DNA of 28,907 bases, from the sequence record SRR20825019_2087; one strand, written 5' to 3'. This document shows positions 17,262 to 27,223 of the stretch, in pieces (positions within the stretch are counted from its first letter, which is position 1; the number at the start of each line of letters is the position of its first letter). A program made the translations under genes and the position numbers. Below the pieces are notes generated by a model. It saw only the letters and a list, made by a program, of their open reading frames with translations. It was not told where the DNA came from and ran no database searches.

Positions 17262-17334
17262 GTAAAACGAAATAAAAACACCTTGGATATAGGCACAGCT
17301 GTAGTGCGTCTCTTCAACGATTAAATAGTATTAA

Positions 17335-17775
17335 TCATCTTTTTTTTGGTAACGACATTACTAAATTCAGTACCAACAAAATATTCGCCAGAACTAAAAA
17401 TAAGGCTCCGTAATTTATGCAGTCGAATATCGTTCCTTTCTGGATCCAATAGTTTATGCTTTTCAACTGTTCGAAACTCTCCAATTTAAACTTGGAGACT
17501 AACAGTAGTAGCCCCGTAAGAGAAAATAGAATTGAAACCGTAAAGTAGTAGAAGTTTGACAACCTTTTATTCAGCCGTTCGTTGAATCGTTCAATGTACT
17601 TATCAATTAAGGGAGAAAGAAATAAGCAAATGGCAGTTATAATCGTAGCTCCTAGAAAGTAGGAATAACTCTGAATATAATATGTGTCATATCCAACCGA
17701 CTCTCTGTTAAAAAACATGATCATTGAACAAATAGCTAATAAAATAGCCGTTACTATGAATCTTATATTCTTCAT
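17335..17775 (-). CDS. Hypothetical membrane protein (about 4 TM)
   Basis: Four hydrophobic stretches in 146 aa. Confidence 0.65.
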   Translation of the reverse strand: MKNIRFIVTAILLAICSMIMFFNRESVGYDTYYIQSYSYFLGATIITAICLFLSPLIDKYIERFNERLNKRLSNFYYFTVSILFSLTGLLLLVSKFKLESFEQLKSINYWIQKGTIFDCINYGALFLVLANILLVLNLVMSLPKKR

Positions 17776-17819
17776 GTCAATTGCTCTGTCCCGAGGTTCT
17801 GCTTGAAACTATACAGTGT

Positions 17820-18488
17820 CTATTTTTGTAACCAAGCTATTTCTGTGATCTTCCATTTACCTTTCTCTTCTTCCACTTTAACCCATGGCATGAACTGTTC
17901 TGAATAATCTTTCTTGTCATATTTGAAGTAGAAAATCAAGGTTACGCGATAATAATCGTTTATCTTTTCAAGATTTTTCACCTCTACCCCATGAAACGGT
18001 TCCTGAGTTCGTGTCCAATTATTGGTGTAAATGTCGCAGTATTCTTGATATTCATAAGCGTCACTTGATTCATAATCTTTCCAGTCAAGCGTTTCTAAAA
18101 ATTTCGTGCACTTTTTTACTCGTCTCCATTCACTTTGAATAAACTTTTCTGAAATGGTTCCCAGCTTTCTTAGGTTGTTAAAGTAGCTTGTGCTGTCAAG
18201 TTTACACTTACCATTGGGGCTTTTAATTATATCAAAATCATTCGTTATCGTTTCGGATTCATTCAGAATACTTTCGATGTTCCACTGGTGAAATGATAGA
18301 GCAACCTGTTTTATCGTCTTCTCGATTTCAATGTTTGCCTTCAGTTCCATTTGCCCTGTCGAATCCATCTTACTATCTCGCTTGGTTGCTGCATTATCAC
18401 CTAGACTAAAATCTGTCTCAGAGTTGTTTTCCGTACACGCTGAGATAACAAGCATTAGCAATGAGATTAAAAAATACTTTGTTGTCAT
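17820..18488 (-). CDS. Lipoprotein, possible DUF3828/NTF2-like fold
   Basis: Lipobox VISA-C; C-terminal VKVEEEKGKWKITEI hairpin typical of NTF2-like lipoproteins. Confidence 0.65.
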   Translation of the reverse strand: MTTKYFLISLLMLVISACTENNSETDFSLGDNAATKRDSKMDSTGQMELKANIEIEKTIKQVALSFHQWNIESILNESETITNDFDIIKSPNGKCKLDSTSYFNNLRKLGTISEKFIQSEWRRVKKCTKFLETLDWKDYESSDAYEYQEYCDIYTNNWTRTQEPFHGVEVKNLEKINDYYRVTLIFYFKYDKKDYSEQFMPWVKVEEEKGKWKITEIAWLQK

Positions 18489-18584
18489 GGACGATGAATT
18501 AAAACTAGTTTATTTAATCAATTTTGAGTCTGTTTCAAGAGCGTAAGCTTCTCCACTAACCACACTTATTGCTGCTTCACAACC

Positions 18585-19853
18585 TTATTCTCTCTCCATT
18601 TGTGAGCCAATAAAAGGTATTCTCGGGGCTAAAAAGTACCCTGTTAAACTAGCAAACAAAATTGGAACAAAATGTCCAAAACCCGTTAAAGTTGCCAATA
18701 AAATTGTTGTGCTCATGGGTGTTCGTGTAACACAAGCATTAATTGCGGCCATACAACTAACGATTGCCAATGTTAGGTTTATTGTTGGGAATAATTGATG
18801 GATTATTAACCCTATTGTTGCCCCTACGAAAAACAACGGAATAATGAATCCTCCTCGCCATCCTGATGTCACGGTTATTGAAATGGCGATAATTTTAAAA
18901 ATCAAAATTGAAAACAATAAGGTTAAAGGAAAATTCCCTGATAATAGTTCATTAAGCTCGTGGTGACCGAAATATCTGGTTATTGGAATGTAAAATGCTA
19001 TAATACCGAGTAATGTCCCGCCAATTAGCGTTTTGATATAAATGGGAATCGGTTTTCTCTCGAACACCGATTTGAAAAATTTCGTACAGAAGATAAATCC
19101 CCAGCCAAAAGCAGCTCCAATAATTGCAAATAGAACCGCATAACCAAAATCAAAAAGTCCTGAATATTCATACGCTGACAAATCCCATATTGGGCCGAGT
19201 CCCAAATGAATGATAAACGCAAAAACCAAGTAACTAAAGCAACTTGCGACAAAGGCAGGAATAATCGCTTTGTAATATTCAACTGCATGTTTATGATGAA
19301 GGATTTCTAATGAAAACAGACTTCCTCCCAGAGGAGCACCAAACAAAGCTGTAAAACCCGAAGCCATTCCAGCGATACTTAATGACCTCAATTCTTCCCC
19401 TTTAAGTCTGAACAATTTCCCAATCCAAGTTCCCGTTGAGCCTGTTACTTGTACTAATGGAGCTTCAGGTCCGAGACTTCCTCCAGATGCAACACACAAT
19501 AAAGATGAAAGGACCATTGAAGGATTATTTTTTGGGTCAAGTTTTCCTTTGTTAAAACGGATGTTGTTTACAATTAAATGAATCTCACCTGGATCTCCAA
19601 TAAAGTGAATTATCAGACCTGCCAGAAGTCCACAAGTTGCCATAACTGGAATTACTTGCCAACCAACAAAAAAGGCTAATTTGTGTGTTAGAAATTCTAG
19701 CCCAATCCAATAAGCGCCTGCAATTACTCCACCCAATAATCCAAGAAATGCCCACAGTAAAAAAGTTCGACTAAATACGAAAGGGTTGAATTGGACAGGT
19801 TGATCTAGAATATTTAAATAAGTAACTAATTTTCTTCTTCGCTTCAACTTCAC
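18585..19853 (-). CDS. CLC-family anion channel/transporter, atypical motifs, no CBS domains
   Basis: GGSLGPEAP, GFTALFGAPLGG, GWRGGFIIPLFFVGA and RTP motifs; highly hydrophobic. Confidence 0.92.
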   Translation of the reverse strand: MKLKRRRKLVTYLNILDQPVQFNPFVFSRTFLLWAFLGLLGGVIAGAYWIGLEFLTHKLAFFVGWQVIPVMATCGLLAGLIIHFIGDPGEIHLIVNNIRFNKGKLDPKNNPSMVLSSLLCVASGGSLGPEAPLVQVTGSTGTWIGKLFRLKGEELRSLSIAGMASGFTALFGAPLGGSLFSLEILHHKHAVEYYKAIIPAFVASCFSYLVFAFIIHLGLGPIWDLSAYEYSGLFDFGYAVLFAIIGAAFGWGFIFCTKFFKSVFERKPIPIYIKTLIGGTLLGIIAFYIPITRYFGHHELNELLSGNFPLTLLFSILIFKIIAISITVTSGWRGGFIIPLFFVGATIGLIIHQLFPTINLTLAIVSCMAAINACVTRTPMSTTILLATLTGFGHFVPILFASLTGYFLAPRIPFIGSQMERE

Positions 19854-19911
19854 CTTATTACTTCTTTTTACGTTAACAAAACAGTCGAATAATCTAGCTT
19901 GATTAATTCCA

Positions 19912-19919
19912 CAAAATTA
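19912..19919 (-). promoter_or_regulatory. -7 element TAATTTTG for the CLC gene
   Basis: Exact TAnnTTTG match, 58 nt upstream of the GTG. Confidence 0.5.
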
Positions 19920-20069
19920 ACTTAAAAATACAGTTCCCCAAGCCAGCCTTTGAAGCACATGACTAAGTAATATTGGTCTGATGTCTCTATCTAACCTTCT
20001 AAAATCCGTTTACAAAGAACGGTGAATAAAAAAACGTATGTCGTGATTGATGGAATTAGCTTTAGGAAT

Positions 20070-20107
20070 AATCTAACAGAAAAGTGACTTTTACCATCAC
20101 CTTTCTG
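20070..20107 (-). terminator. Probable terminator of the T9SS operon
   Basis: Minus strand CAGAAAGGTGA-N9-TCACTTTTCTG stem about 50 nt after the stop; weak U-tract. Confidence 0.45.
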
Positions 20108-20155
20108 CTCGATTGTCCCGCTTCAACAAAAAATTGAGCTATCTACTCTACTCTA

Positions 20156-22084
20156 CTACTTACTTATTACTATAAAATCTGAACGACGATTTACGAAAAA
20201 CTCATCCTCGGAACATTTTACTCCGTTTCTGCATTTGTTTTTCGGTCTTGTTTCGCCATAACCTATCGCACTTTCAATTCTACTTGGATCTATTCCTTTA
20301 GAAATTAGGTATCTCATTGTGGATTTAGCACGATCATCAGATAACTTTAAATTGTAACTATCCGATCCACGCGAATCCGTATGTGATTCAATTTTTATCT
20401 TCAAGTTTGGGAATTTCTCCATGGCAAACAAGATTTTATCTAACTCTACTACCGCTTGATCTGTTATCTCCCATTTATCGTAGGCGAAGTAAATTGGATC
20501 CACTTTTATTTTCTCCAACCCTCCTTCTTTTTCGATAATGGACGAAAAGCTCGTTAATCGCACATCATTTCCATTGGATTCTTCCTTTTTCTCAGGAGTG
20601 CTAATGTTTACGCTTTCCGTGCTGAAATCTCGTTTACTGAACACAGCTCTGAACTGCTCATTACACGGTAACTCCATTTCAAATTCGCCTTTGTCATTAC
20701 TTTTTGTTTCTAAAACTAAATCGTTGAATACATCGTACAATTTCACGTCAGCATTTGGAATAATTGAATTATCATTTTTACTTAAAACAAGTCCTTTGTA
20801 GTCAATAAATTGAGGAATTTCCTTCATTGTAAACCTGTAGATGTCATCATCTCCTTTTCCACCTTTTCTATTGGAAGAAATGTATCCCGTTTTAGCATCT
20901 CGACTTAAGACATAGCTGAAATCATCGTAATTACTATTAATTGGTTCTCCCAAATTTTCAGGTATTGAATAATTTGTAATCCCAGTCATAATGGATGAAT
21001 AGATATCCAATCCTCCGAATCCATAAAAACCATCCGAGGCAAAAAACAGCGTATCGCCCTTCATTGTTGGAAACATCTCACGTCCAGCAGTATTGATTCT
21101 AGGTCCCAAATTAATAGGTGTATTTGTTTCACCATCTGCGAAAATCTCCGCTATATACAAGTCAGTTTCCCCATATCCTCCTGGCATATTCGACACAAAG
21201 ATTAAGTATTTCCCATCTGGACTAATCGCAGATTGACCACATGAATATTCTCTGCCGTTAAACTCCAATACTCTCACATCAATTATTTTTTCATTCTCAA
21301 TTGTTCCTCGCATCAATTGCACATGGGAAATACCGCCTTTATCTGTTGCCAATTTTTCTTTCTTATTCAACTCATTTCGCGAGAAATAAACAGTTTTCAA
21401 ATCCTTGCTAAACGTAAGACAGGCGTCGTGGTAGTCTGAATTTAAATTCTGTAAAAAAGGCTGCACATTGCTCAATTCACCATTGTTCTTATTTTGTGTT
21501 GCAACAAATACATTTAAGTACGGTTGATTATTCCACTTATACACCTCATTTTTTCCTTCATCAATACCTCTAGTAGAAGAAAAAACAATTTGTTCTCCGT
21601 ACTGAACAACGCCAAAATCTTCGTGATCAGTATTTACTTGAAGATTGACTAAACTTTCAACATTACTTTCTAAACTATCCAATAAATGTCGCTGATAACC
21701 CAATGTTTTAAGTCGTTGTTGGTTTTTTCCGTAGTAGGACTTCAGAAGGTCATTGGCCTTAGTATAATCTCTATTGATTCTGTAACAGTTAAAGTATCGA
21801 ATAAATAATTCTTCATTCATTCCATCGCCCTGCATTTCATACAGCTTATCATACCACGATCTTGCTTTTGAATAATCTGAGGTATAGTAATAGCTATTCG
21901 CAAGATTAGTGATTGTTTCAATATCGACTTTACTTGATTTTTGCTTCTCGATGTATCGCTCGTAACTTTTTATTGCCTCAGGATAATTGAGCATGGCGTA
22001 ATAACCTTTTGCTTCAACAGCGGTTCCTTGCGCTAACATTTGAAAGCTAAGGAATACAAATACGATAATAGATATAGTTTTCAT
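20156..22084 (-). CDS. PorE-like OmpA-family protein (TPR, PD40 propeller, carboxypeptidase-regulatory-like, OmpA_C)
   Basis: N-terminal TPR helices; ISPDGKYLIFVS and GYISSNRKGGKGDDDIY; ESHTDSRGSDSYNLKLSDDRA, GYGETRP and NRRSDF; start corrected to ATG 22084. Confidence 0.92.
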   Translation of the reverse strand: MKTISIIVFVFLSFQMLAQGTAVEAKGYYAMLNYPEAIKSYERYIEKQKSSKVDIETITNLANSYYYTSDYSKARSWYDKLYEMQGDGMNEELFIRYFNCYRINRDYTKANDLLKSYYGKNQQRLKTLGYQRHLLDSLESNVESLVNLQVNTDHEDFGVVQYGEQIVFSSTRGIDEGKNEVYKWNNQPYLNVFVATQNKNNGELSNVQPFLQNLNSDYHDACLTFSKDLKTVYFSRNELNKKEKLATDKGGISHVQLMRGTIENEKIIDVRVLEFNGREYSCGQSAISPDGKYLIFVSNMPGGYGETDLYIAEIFADGETNTPINLGPRINTAGREMFPTMKGDTLFFASDGFYGFGGLDIYSSIMTGITNYSIPENLGEPINSNYDDFSYVLSRDAKTGYISSNRKGGKGDDDIYRFTMKEIPQFIDYKGLVLSKNDNSIIPNADVKLYDVFNDLVLETKSNDKGEFEMELPCNEQFRAVFSKRDFSTESVNISTPEKKEESNGNDVRLTSFSSIIEKEGGLEKIKVDPIYFAYDKWEITDQAVVELDKILFAMEKFPNLKIKIESHTDSRGSDSYNLKLSDDRAKSTMRYLISKGIDPSRIESAIGYGETRPKNKCRNGVKCSEDEFFVNRRSDFIVISK

Positions 22085-22097
22085 AACGGCTGTTGTT

Positions 22098-23024
22098 TTA
22101 AAAGAATCGAGGTGAACGCGCACCTTGCTCTTTTGTTAATAATGAATACTTAAGTATGATGTCATGCGACCCATTATTATAGCCTCTTAATTGGGTAACA
22201 GTGGCGTCATAAGAATACCCGACAAAAAATGATTTTTTAATTGTCATCCCTAGAAGCAAACTCAATCCATCGTTGTATCTGTATCCCATTCCAACGGTGT
22301 AGATGTCACTAAACAGAGCATTTGCAGAGACATCTACAGTTAATGGGGCTCCTTGTACTATTTTCCCTAAAACTGCTGGCTTTAATTTAACTCGATCAGA
22401 TAATTGAAAAACAGATCCACCGATAAAATACCAATGCACGTTGGAGTGAATCATCACTTCATTATCTCGACCATACGAATCTTCCTGAATGAAATTTGGT
22501 GATGAAATTCCAATATACCAACTCTCTCCATACACATACGTGCCTGCACCAATGATGGGACGAACACGATTGTTGATATTATTTTGCATCGTTAAATCGT
22601 TCGTATTCTGCACTTTACCTTTTGTCCAATCTATACTTAGCATATCCATTCCGCCATTCAAACCAACTGATAATTTCACATTAGATGATAACGGTATCCG
22701 TGCTGCTAGATTTCCATTGATATATACTTGATTAACTGGACCAATTCTATCATTCGTTACGTTCAGTCCTAAACCAATTTCATTTGTAGCTGCACCTTGA
22801 ATGCCTATATTTTGGGTTGTTGGAGCACCATCTAGCCCAACCCATTGGGAGCGATGAATAGCATGTGCTTCCAATTTGTTACTTGTTCCAGCGTAAGCAG
22901 GATTTACCGACATAGTGTTATACATATATTGGGTAAATTGCACTTGTTGCTGAGCGATTGTGTTTTCAACGATGAGAATCATTACCATCGCCATGATCCC
23001 TTTTAATAGGTTATTTGTTTTCAT
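22098..23024 (-). CDS. T9SS outer-membrane protein, PorP/SprF family
   Basis: QFTQYMYN...NPAYAG, RSQWVGLDGAPTT, GYSYD and C-terminal SPRFF. Confidence 0.95.
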   Translation of the reverse strand: MKTNNLLKGIMAMVMILIVENTIAQQQVQFTQYMYNTMSVNPAYAGTSNKLEAHAIHRSQWVGLDGAPTTQNIGIQGAATNEIGLGLNVTNDRIGPVNQVYINGNLAARIPLSSNVKLSVGLNGGMDMLSIDWTKGKVQNTNDLTMQNNINNRVRPIIGAGTYVYGESWYIGISSPNFIQEDSYGRDNEVMIHSNVHWYFIGGSVFQLSDRVKLKPAVLGKIVQGAPLTVDVSANALFSDIYTVGMGYRYNDGLSLLLGMTIKKSFFVGYSYDATVTQLRGYNNGSHDIILKYSLLTKEQGARSPRFF

Positions 23025-23041
23025 AATCTGTAGTATTATAT

Positions 23042-26000
23042 TTATCGAACAATATAAATCCAGCCCGCTACTTCAAAATCTTCATCCTCCACTTTTAGAA
23101 TGTAATAGTAGGTTCCACTCGGTAGTACTTCTCCCTTCCCAATTGTTCCTTTGGCGTTGGCCACTCCATCCCAGTTATTCTCGTAAGAATCAACGGAATA
23201 CACTTGGTTACCAAAACGATTGAAAATAGTAACCGAATTGTTTGGATACTTCTCTAAACACTCAATGTAGAATACGTCATTCATCCCATCTCCATTTGGA
23301 GTGATTTCATTGTAAATAGTCAAACAATTTGGCTCTGCACTTGCTGATGCGCTGTTGTTGCTCAAATCAGCATCCAAAGGGTCAGAAAGATTAATATGAG
23401 CCGTGTTTAGATAGTCTCCAGTTGAGTTAACCTGAACCGTGATTTCTAAAGCAACCGATTGACCTGCGGTTAAAACAGCTATTGCCCATTCGCCCGTTGT
23501 TGGATTATAAGTTCCATCTGTTGCAGTGCTACTGATGTATGTATATCCAGACGGGATGTATTCATCCACGATAACATTATTGAAAACATCATCACCAGTA
23601 TTGGTAACTATTATTGTAAATTCTACCTCATCCCCAACAAAAGGAGAATCGTTGTTTACCGTTTTCGAAATTATTAAATCCGAGCAAGAGATAATGGTTA
23701 CTGGAATCGTGTTTGCCATAGAAATTAAGCAACCATTTATTGTTTCATACGAAACTTCAATAGAGTTCGTCGCTGAACTGCTCCAGACCACTGTCACCGT
23801 ATTCGTTGAACCTCCACTAATAATAGTACCTCCAATCACTGTCCAGGTATAATTCATCATTCCAGCTGGTGCGGTGTAAACGAGTGTATCATTAATGCAT
23901 ACGGATTCTGTTTCTCCTGTAAATTCCGCATCCTCCTCATCGACCACTGTGACACTAACCATCAATTGGTCTGAACTTTCACAATTCACCCCTACTTGAG
24001 ACGCATAGTAAGTCATTCCGTCCACTAACAACGTAGTATCTGACAATAAATCTCCCGCGGAATTGTACCAATTAACATTCGGCTCATTCACTTGTAAATC
24101 GGCGATTGTTGGGCTAATGGAAGTGCAGAAAAATTGTTGGGCATTTGTGGTTGTTGGCGGGGGAACTGTTTCTATATCTACATAAACCATTAACCGAATT
24201 GAACTTTCGCAAAATTGTCCAACTAGAGCTGCATAGTATGTTTGACCATCCACAAGCGGTGTTCCATTTGGAATTACGTTCCCTCCAATTGCAGCATCAT
24301 ACCAAACTATATTGGATTGATTAACGTCAATATCGTCCACTGTTAATACTGGTCCAGCAGAACCTGGATCACAAAAGAACTGGATATTATTTGTAGTAGT
24401 TGGTGGTGGTACATTTTCAAATGTTATAACAACTTCCAATCTTACCGCACTTTCGCATGTCCCGTTAGTCAATGCTGCATAGTATGTATTTCCATTTACT
24501 AAAGGTGTTCCACTTGGCAATGGAGATCCTCCTGAAGATTGAGTATACCAAACAACATTTGTTTCATTTGTTTGAATATCATCTATCGTTGGTGTATCGG
24601 CTGCGCAAAATACCTGATTCGCGTTTTGTGTTGTTGGACTTGGCAAATCATCTACTACAACATCAATCGCTAGTAACTGTGAGCTTTCACAAAATGCTCC
24701 CACTTGAGAAGCATAGTAGGTTGCGCCATTCACTAGTAGTGTAGACGATAATAATAAGTTCCCATTTACAGCTGCATCGTACCAGTTAATACTGGAACCC
24801 GTTACCAACAAATCATTCAATGTTGCGTTGTCAGTTGAACAAAAATATTGAATCGAGTCCATTGTTGTAGGTGGAATTTGATCAACAATCGTTACGGAAA
24901 CCATGAGTGAATCTGAACTTTCGCACATTGCACCTATTGATGTTGCGTAGTATTCTGTAGAATCAATCAATACAGTGCTTGGAGGCAACAAAATCCCATT
25001 TCCATCATACCAATTTATAGACGGTTGATTGACTTGGATATCTGCCAATGTTGCATTATCTAGAATACAAAAAACTTGATTCGCATTATTTGTAGTTGGT
25101 GCTGGCTCATCAATAATGGTTACGGTGACATCAGATAATCCTCCCGGAGCTGTCCAACAAAGTGTGGTTGAATCCTGCATTGTTGCCCAAAAAGTATAGG
25201 GCGAATTAGCTAATTCTGCTCCAGTAATAATCAATTCTCCATTCGTGTCAATACCGAAAGTGAGATTTCCAAGCTGCATTCCATCTGTTATTGGTTGAGT
25301 CGCAGCACTGTCTAGATACCATTGAAATTGACTCCCAACACTACTTATAGGTGTTATTGCAATTGAGTCTGAAGCACAATAACCCGTTGGAACTAGATTA
25401 AAGCTAATATCTGTATCTGCTGGTGTTGGTATTATCCAAACAGACACTGGAATCCGAATTGTTTCATCGGGACAGCCGAGTTTCCCTGCAGCCACCCAAA
25501 AGGTTGTATCGTTCCAGACATTTGGGGTTATAAAAGGAGCTCCAGAAGTAGTTGTCCCTATCATGGCACCACCTACGCTATCAAAATACCATCGGATTTC
25601 CAATAGTGAATCAGATGCACTTGCGAACAACATTCCATTAGTTCCCATACATACGGTATCATCGGAGATAGTAACATTGTAAACTGGAGCGGGAGCTATT
25701 TTAAACACTTCATATACCTCCAAAAACTGATCGAGTGAAACACCAAGTAGTGAGCTAAGTGTAATTCCAATGCGATCAACAGGAGCTCCAGGTTGAAAAT
25801 AAACCGTAGTTGGATCACCATTGCTCAGTGAATCAATATCCTGAACAGTAAGCAGTGCATTTAGACTCGAAACTGATTCCGTTTGAGCACCATTTTGCCC
25901 GCGGATGGTTATCGCATTCGCAACATCGATTAAATTCATTGATGGATTGATTCTTAATCGAATTCCAAATATATCATTGACACTAGAAAGACCTTCAAAA

Positions 26001-26818
26001 TAGACCTTTTGTTCAATCCATGATGGAGTTGTAACTACCCCTAGACTCAACTCAGAATATGAATTCTCATCAGCATCGATTGCCTTGTGAATATTAGTAG
26101 CTCCGGCATTCAATTGTAATAAATCTAATGTAATTCCATTTGCATTATAGGAGGTAAAAGTAGGACGGCCACATTCCAATGCATTCGGAACGTAATATGG
26201 GTCGAATACTTTCATTATCTTACTTGTATTTGCTCCTATGAGAGAACCTATTATGTTGGTAAAATGAATGCTTTGATAATCTTGCTGAGGAGTAATTGCA
26301 AGGAAGGTTTCGTTGAACTGATTCACTACAATTTTCAATGACTCTCCAGAGAAATCTCCAGGAACTGCTGAACTACCTTGCAAAACAACGGTTGGTCCAT
26401 TCTTAGCACGAACAATAAATTCTTGATTTCCTGAAAGTGCAACTCCGGTTACACTAGCCAATAGATTACCTATTGAACCGCCCATTAAAGCTTCAAGAAC
26501 GTTATCATCCAATTCAATTTGAACATAGCATGTCTGATTCGCTGGTACAACTGATGGAAATGAAACTTCAAGAACTCCAGTGTAAGCTCCTATACCCAAA
26601 AGCCCTCCTGAATTAGCATTTAATTCAGAAAAATTAGAAGGGTTAGAATCAATTGAATTATTTGAGTTGTTCACGTTATTCTCGAAAATTATTGAATTAG
26701 CGTAAATTGGATTTTGTGATAAACATTGAAAGGATGTAAACAAAGTAATCAGTGCCAAGCTGAGCATGAACATACGGTCTCCGCTTATTCTAGAAAATAA
26801 ATTAGTAGATAGGTTCAT
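23042..26818 (-). CDS. Large T9SS-secreted surface protein with type-B CTD, DUF11 and Ig-like repeats
   Basis: CTD IYNEITPNGDGMNDVFYI...IFNRFG...WDG...LPSGTYYY; DUF11 SDLIISKTVNNDSPFVGDEVEFTI; signal peptide fits ATG 26818 (track start 26869). Confidence 0.92.
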   Translation of the reverse strand: MNLSTNLFSRISGDRMFMLSLALITLFTSFQCLSQNPIYANSIIFENNVNNSNNSIDSNPSNFSELNANSGGLLGIGAYTGVLEVSFPSVVPANQTCYVQIELDDNVLEALMGGSIGNLLASVTGVALSGNQEFIVRAKNGPTVVLQGSSAVPGDFSGESLKIVVNQFNETFLAITPQQDYQSIHFTNIIGSLIGANTSKIMKVFDPYYVPNALECGRPTFTSYNANGITLDLLQLNAGATNIHKAIDADENSYSELSLGVVTTPSWIEQKVYFEGLSSVNDIFGIRLRINPSMNLIDVANAITIRGQNGAQTESVSSLNALLTVQDIDSLSNGDPTTVYFQPGAPVDRIGITLSSLLGVSLDQFLEVYEVFKIAPAPVYNVTISDDTVCMGTNGMLFASASDSLLEIRWYFDSVGGAMIGTTTSGAPFITPNVWNDTTFWVAAGKLGCPDETIRIPVSVWIIPTPADTDISFNLVPTGYCASDSIAITPISSVGSQFQWYLDSAATQPITDGMQLGNLTFGIDTNGELIITGAELANSPYTFWATMQDSTTLCWTAPGGLSDVTVTIIDEPAPTTNNANQVFCILDNATLADIQVNQPSINWYDGNGILLPPSTVLIDSTEYYATSIGAMCESSDSLMVSVTIVDQIPPTTMDSIQYFCSTDNATLNDLLVTGSSINWYDAAVNGNLLLSSTLLVNGATYYASQVGAFCESSQLLAIDVVVDDLPSPTTQNANQVFCAADTPTIDDIQTNETNVVWYTQSSGGSPLPSGTPLVNGNTYYAALTNGTCESAVRLEVVITFENVPPPTTTNNIQFFCDPGSAGPVLTVDDIDVNQSNIVWYDAAIGGNVIPNGTPLVDGQTYYAALVGQFCESSIRLMVYVDIETVPPPTTTNAQQFFCTSISPTIADLQVNEPNVNWYNSAGDLLSDTTLLVDGMTYYASQVGVNCESSDQLMVSVTVVDEEDAEFTGETESVCINDTLVYTAPAGMMNYTWTVIGGTIISGGSTNTVTVVWSSSATNSIEVSYETINGCLISMANTIPVTIISCSDLIISKTVNNDSPFVGDEVEFTIIVTNTGDDVFNNVIVDEYIPSGYTYISSTATDGTYNPTTGEWAIAVLTAGQSVALEITVQVNSTGDYLNTAHINLSDPLDADLSNNSASASAEPNCLTIYNEITPNGDGMNDVFYIECLEKYPNNSVTIFNRFGNQVYSVDSYENNWDGVANAKGTIGKGEVLPSGTYYYILKVEDEDFEVAGWIYIVR
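23940..25110 (-). repeat. Five tandem Ig-like protein repeats of about 75-82 aa
   Basis: Consensus PTT...Q.FC....T..D..V....WY......L...T.LV.G.TYYA......CES...L.V.V; diverged at DNA level; boundaries approximate. Confidence 0.85.
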
Positions 26819-27223
26819 AAAATAGTGTATTAGTAAATTTGTTCTTGCGATGCCAACAATACAATCCATATCTCACTGAAAACAATCGGCGCCAGACTTT
26901 CTGTAGTTAGTTTTGGTTGTTAAACAAATCGCTTATTCAAGATACGATGATTCGATCAACAGCTAAATACTATCGATTGATGGATTTAAACGAATACAGA
27001 AAAAATACGAGTATTTGGGTATAAAAAGGGATTTAATCAATCGTGGTAAACACGTATATTCGAAATAAATGGCAGTCGAATTTTATCTTTTCACAAGGTC
27101 ATTTACTTCAAAAAAAAGGATACTTCCTCATGCACAGCAAACGTTTCATTGATTTTTTTTCTATATTTAGGAAACGCCACTATTAAATCTGTTCATCTAG
27201 ATTTAAAGTAAATTATAGAAGCC

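Noticed and set aside
20045-20107. Fluoride riboswitch upstream of the CLC gene (minus strand GGTGATGG ... GCTAAT)
   Set aside because: The loop is TGGTAAAAG rather than TGGNGT, the TAATGAC pseudoknot segment is missing, the stem fits an operon terminator, a closer -7 box lies downstream, and the CLC lacks CLC-F motifs.
20141-20166. CTACT micro-repeat at the end of the OmpA-family gene
   Set aside because: Only about three copies at and after the stop codon; too short and misplaced for phase variation.
23940-25110. CRISPR array or DNA-level tandem repeat
   Set aside because: Repeats are in-frame protein domains with diverged DNA; no identical repeat-spacer structure and no cas genes.
5250-26869. 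Longest-ORF start codons at 5250, 6102, 10759, 12321, 13933, 22123 and 26869
   Set aside because: Extensions run into promoters, a terminator or neighbouring genes; downstream ATGs give proper signal peptides or family N-termini.
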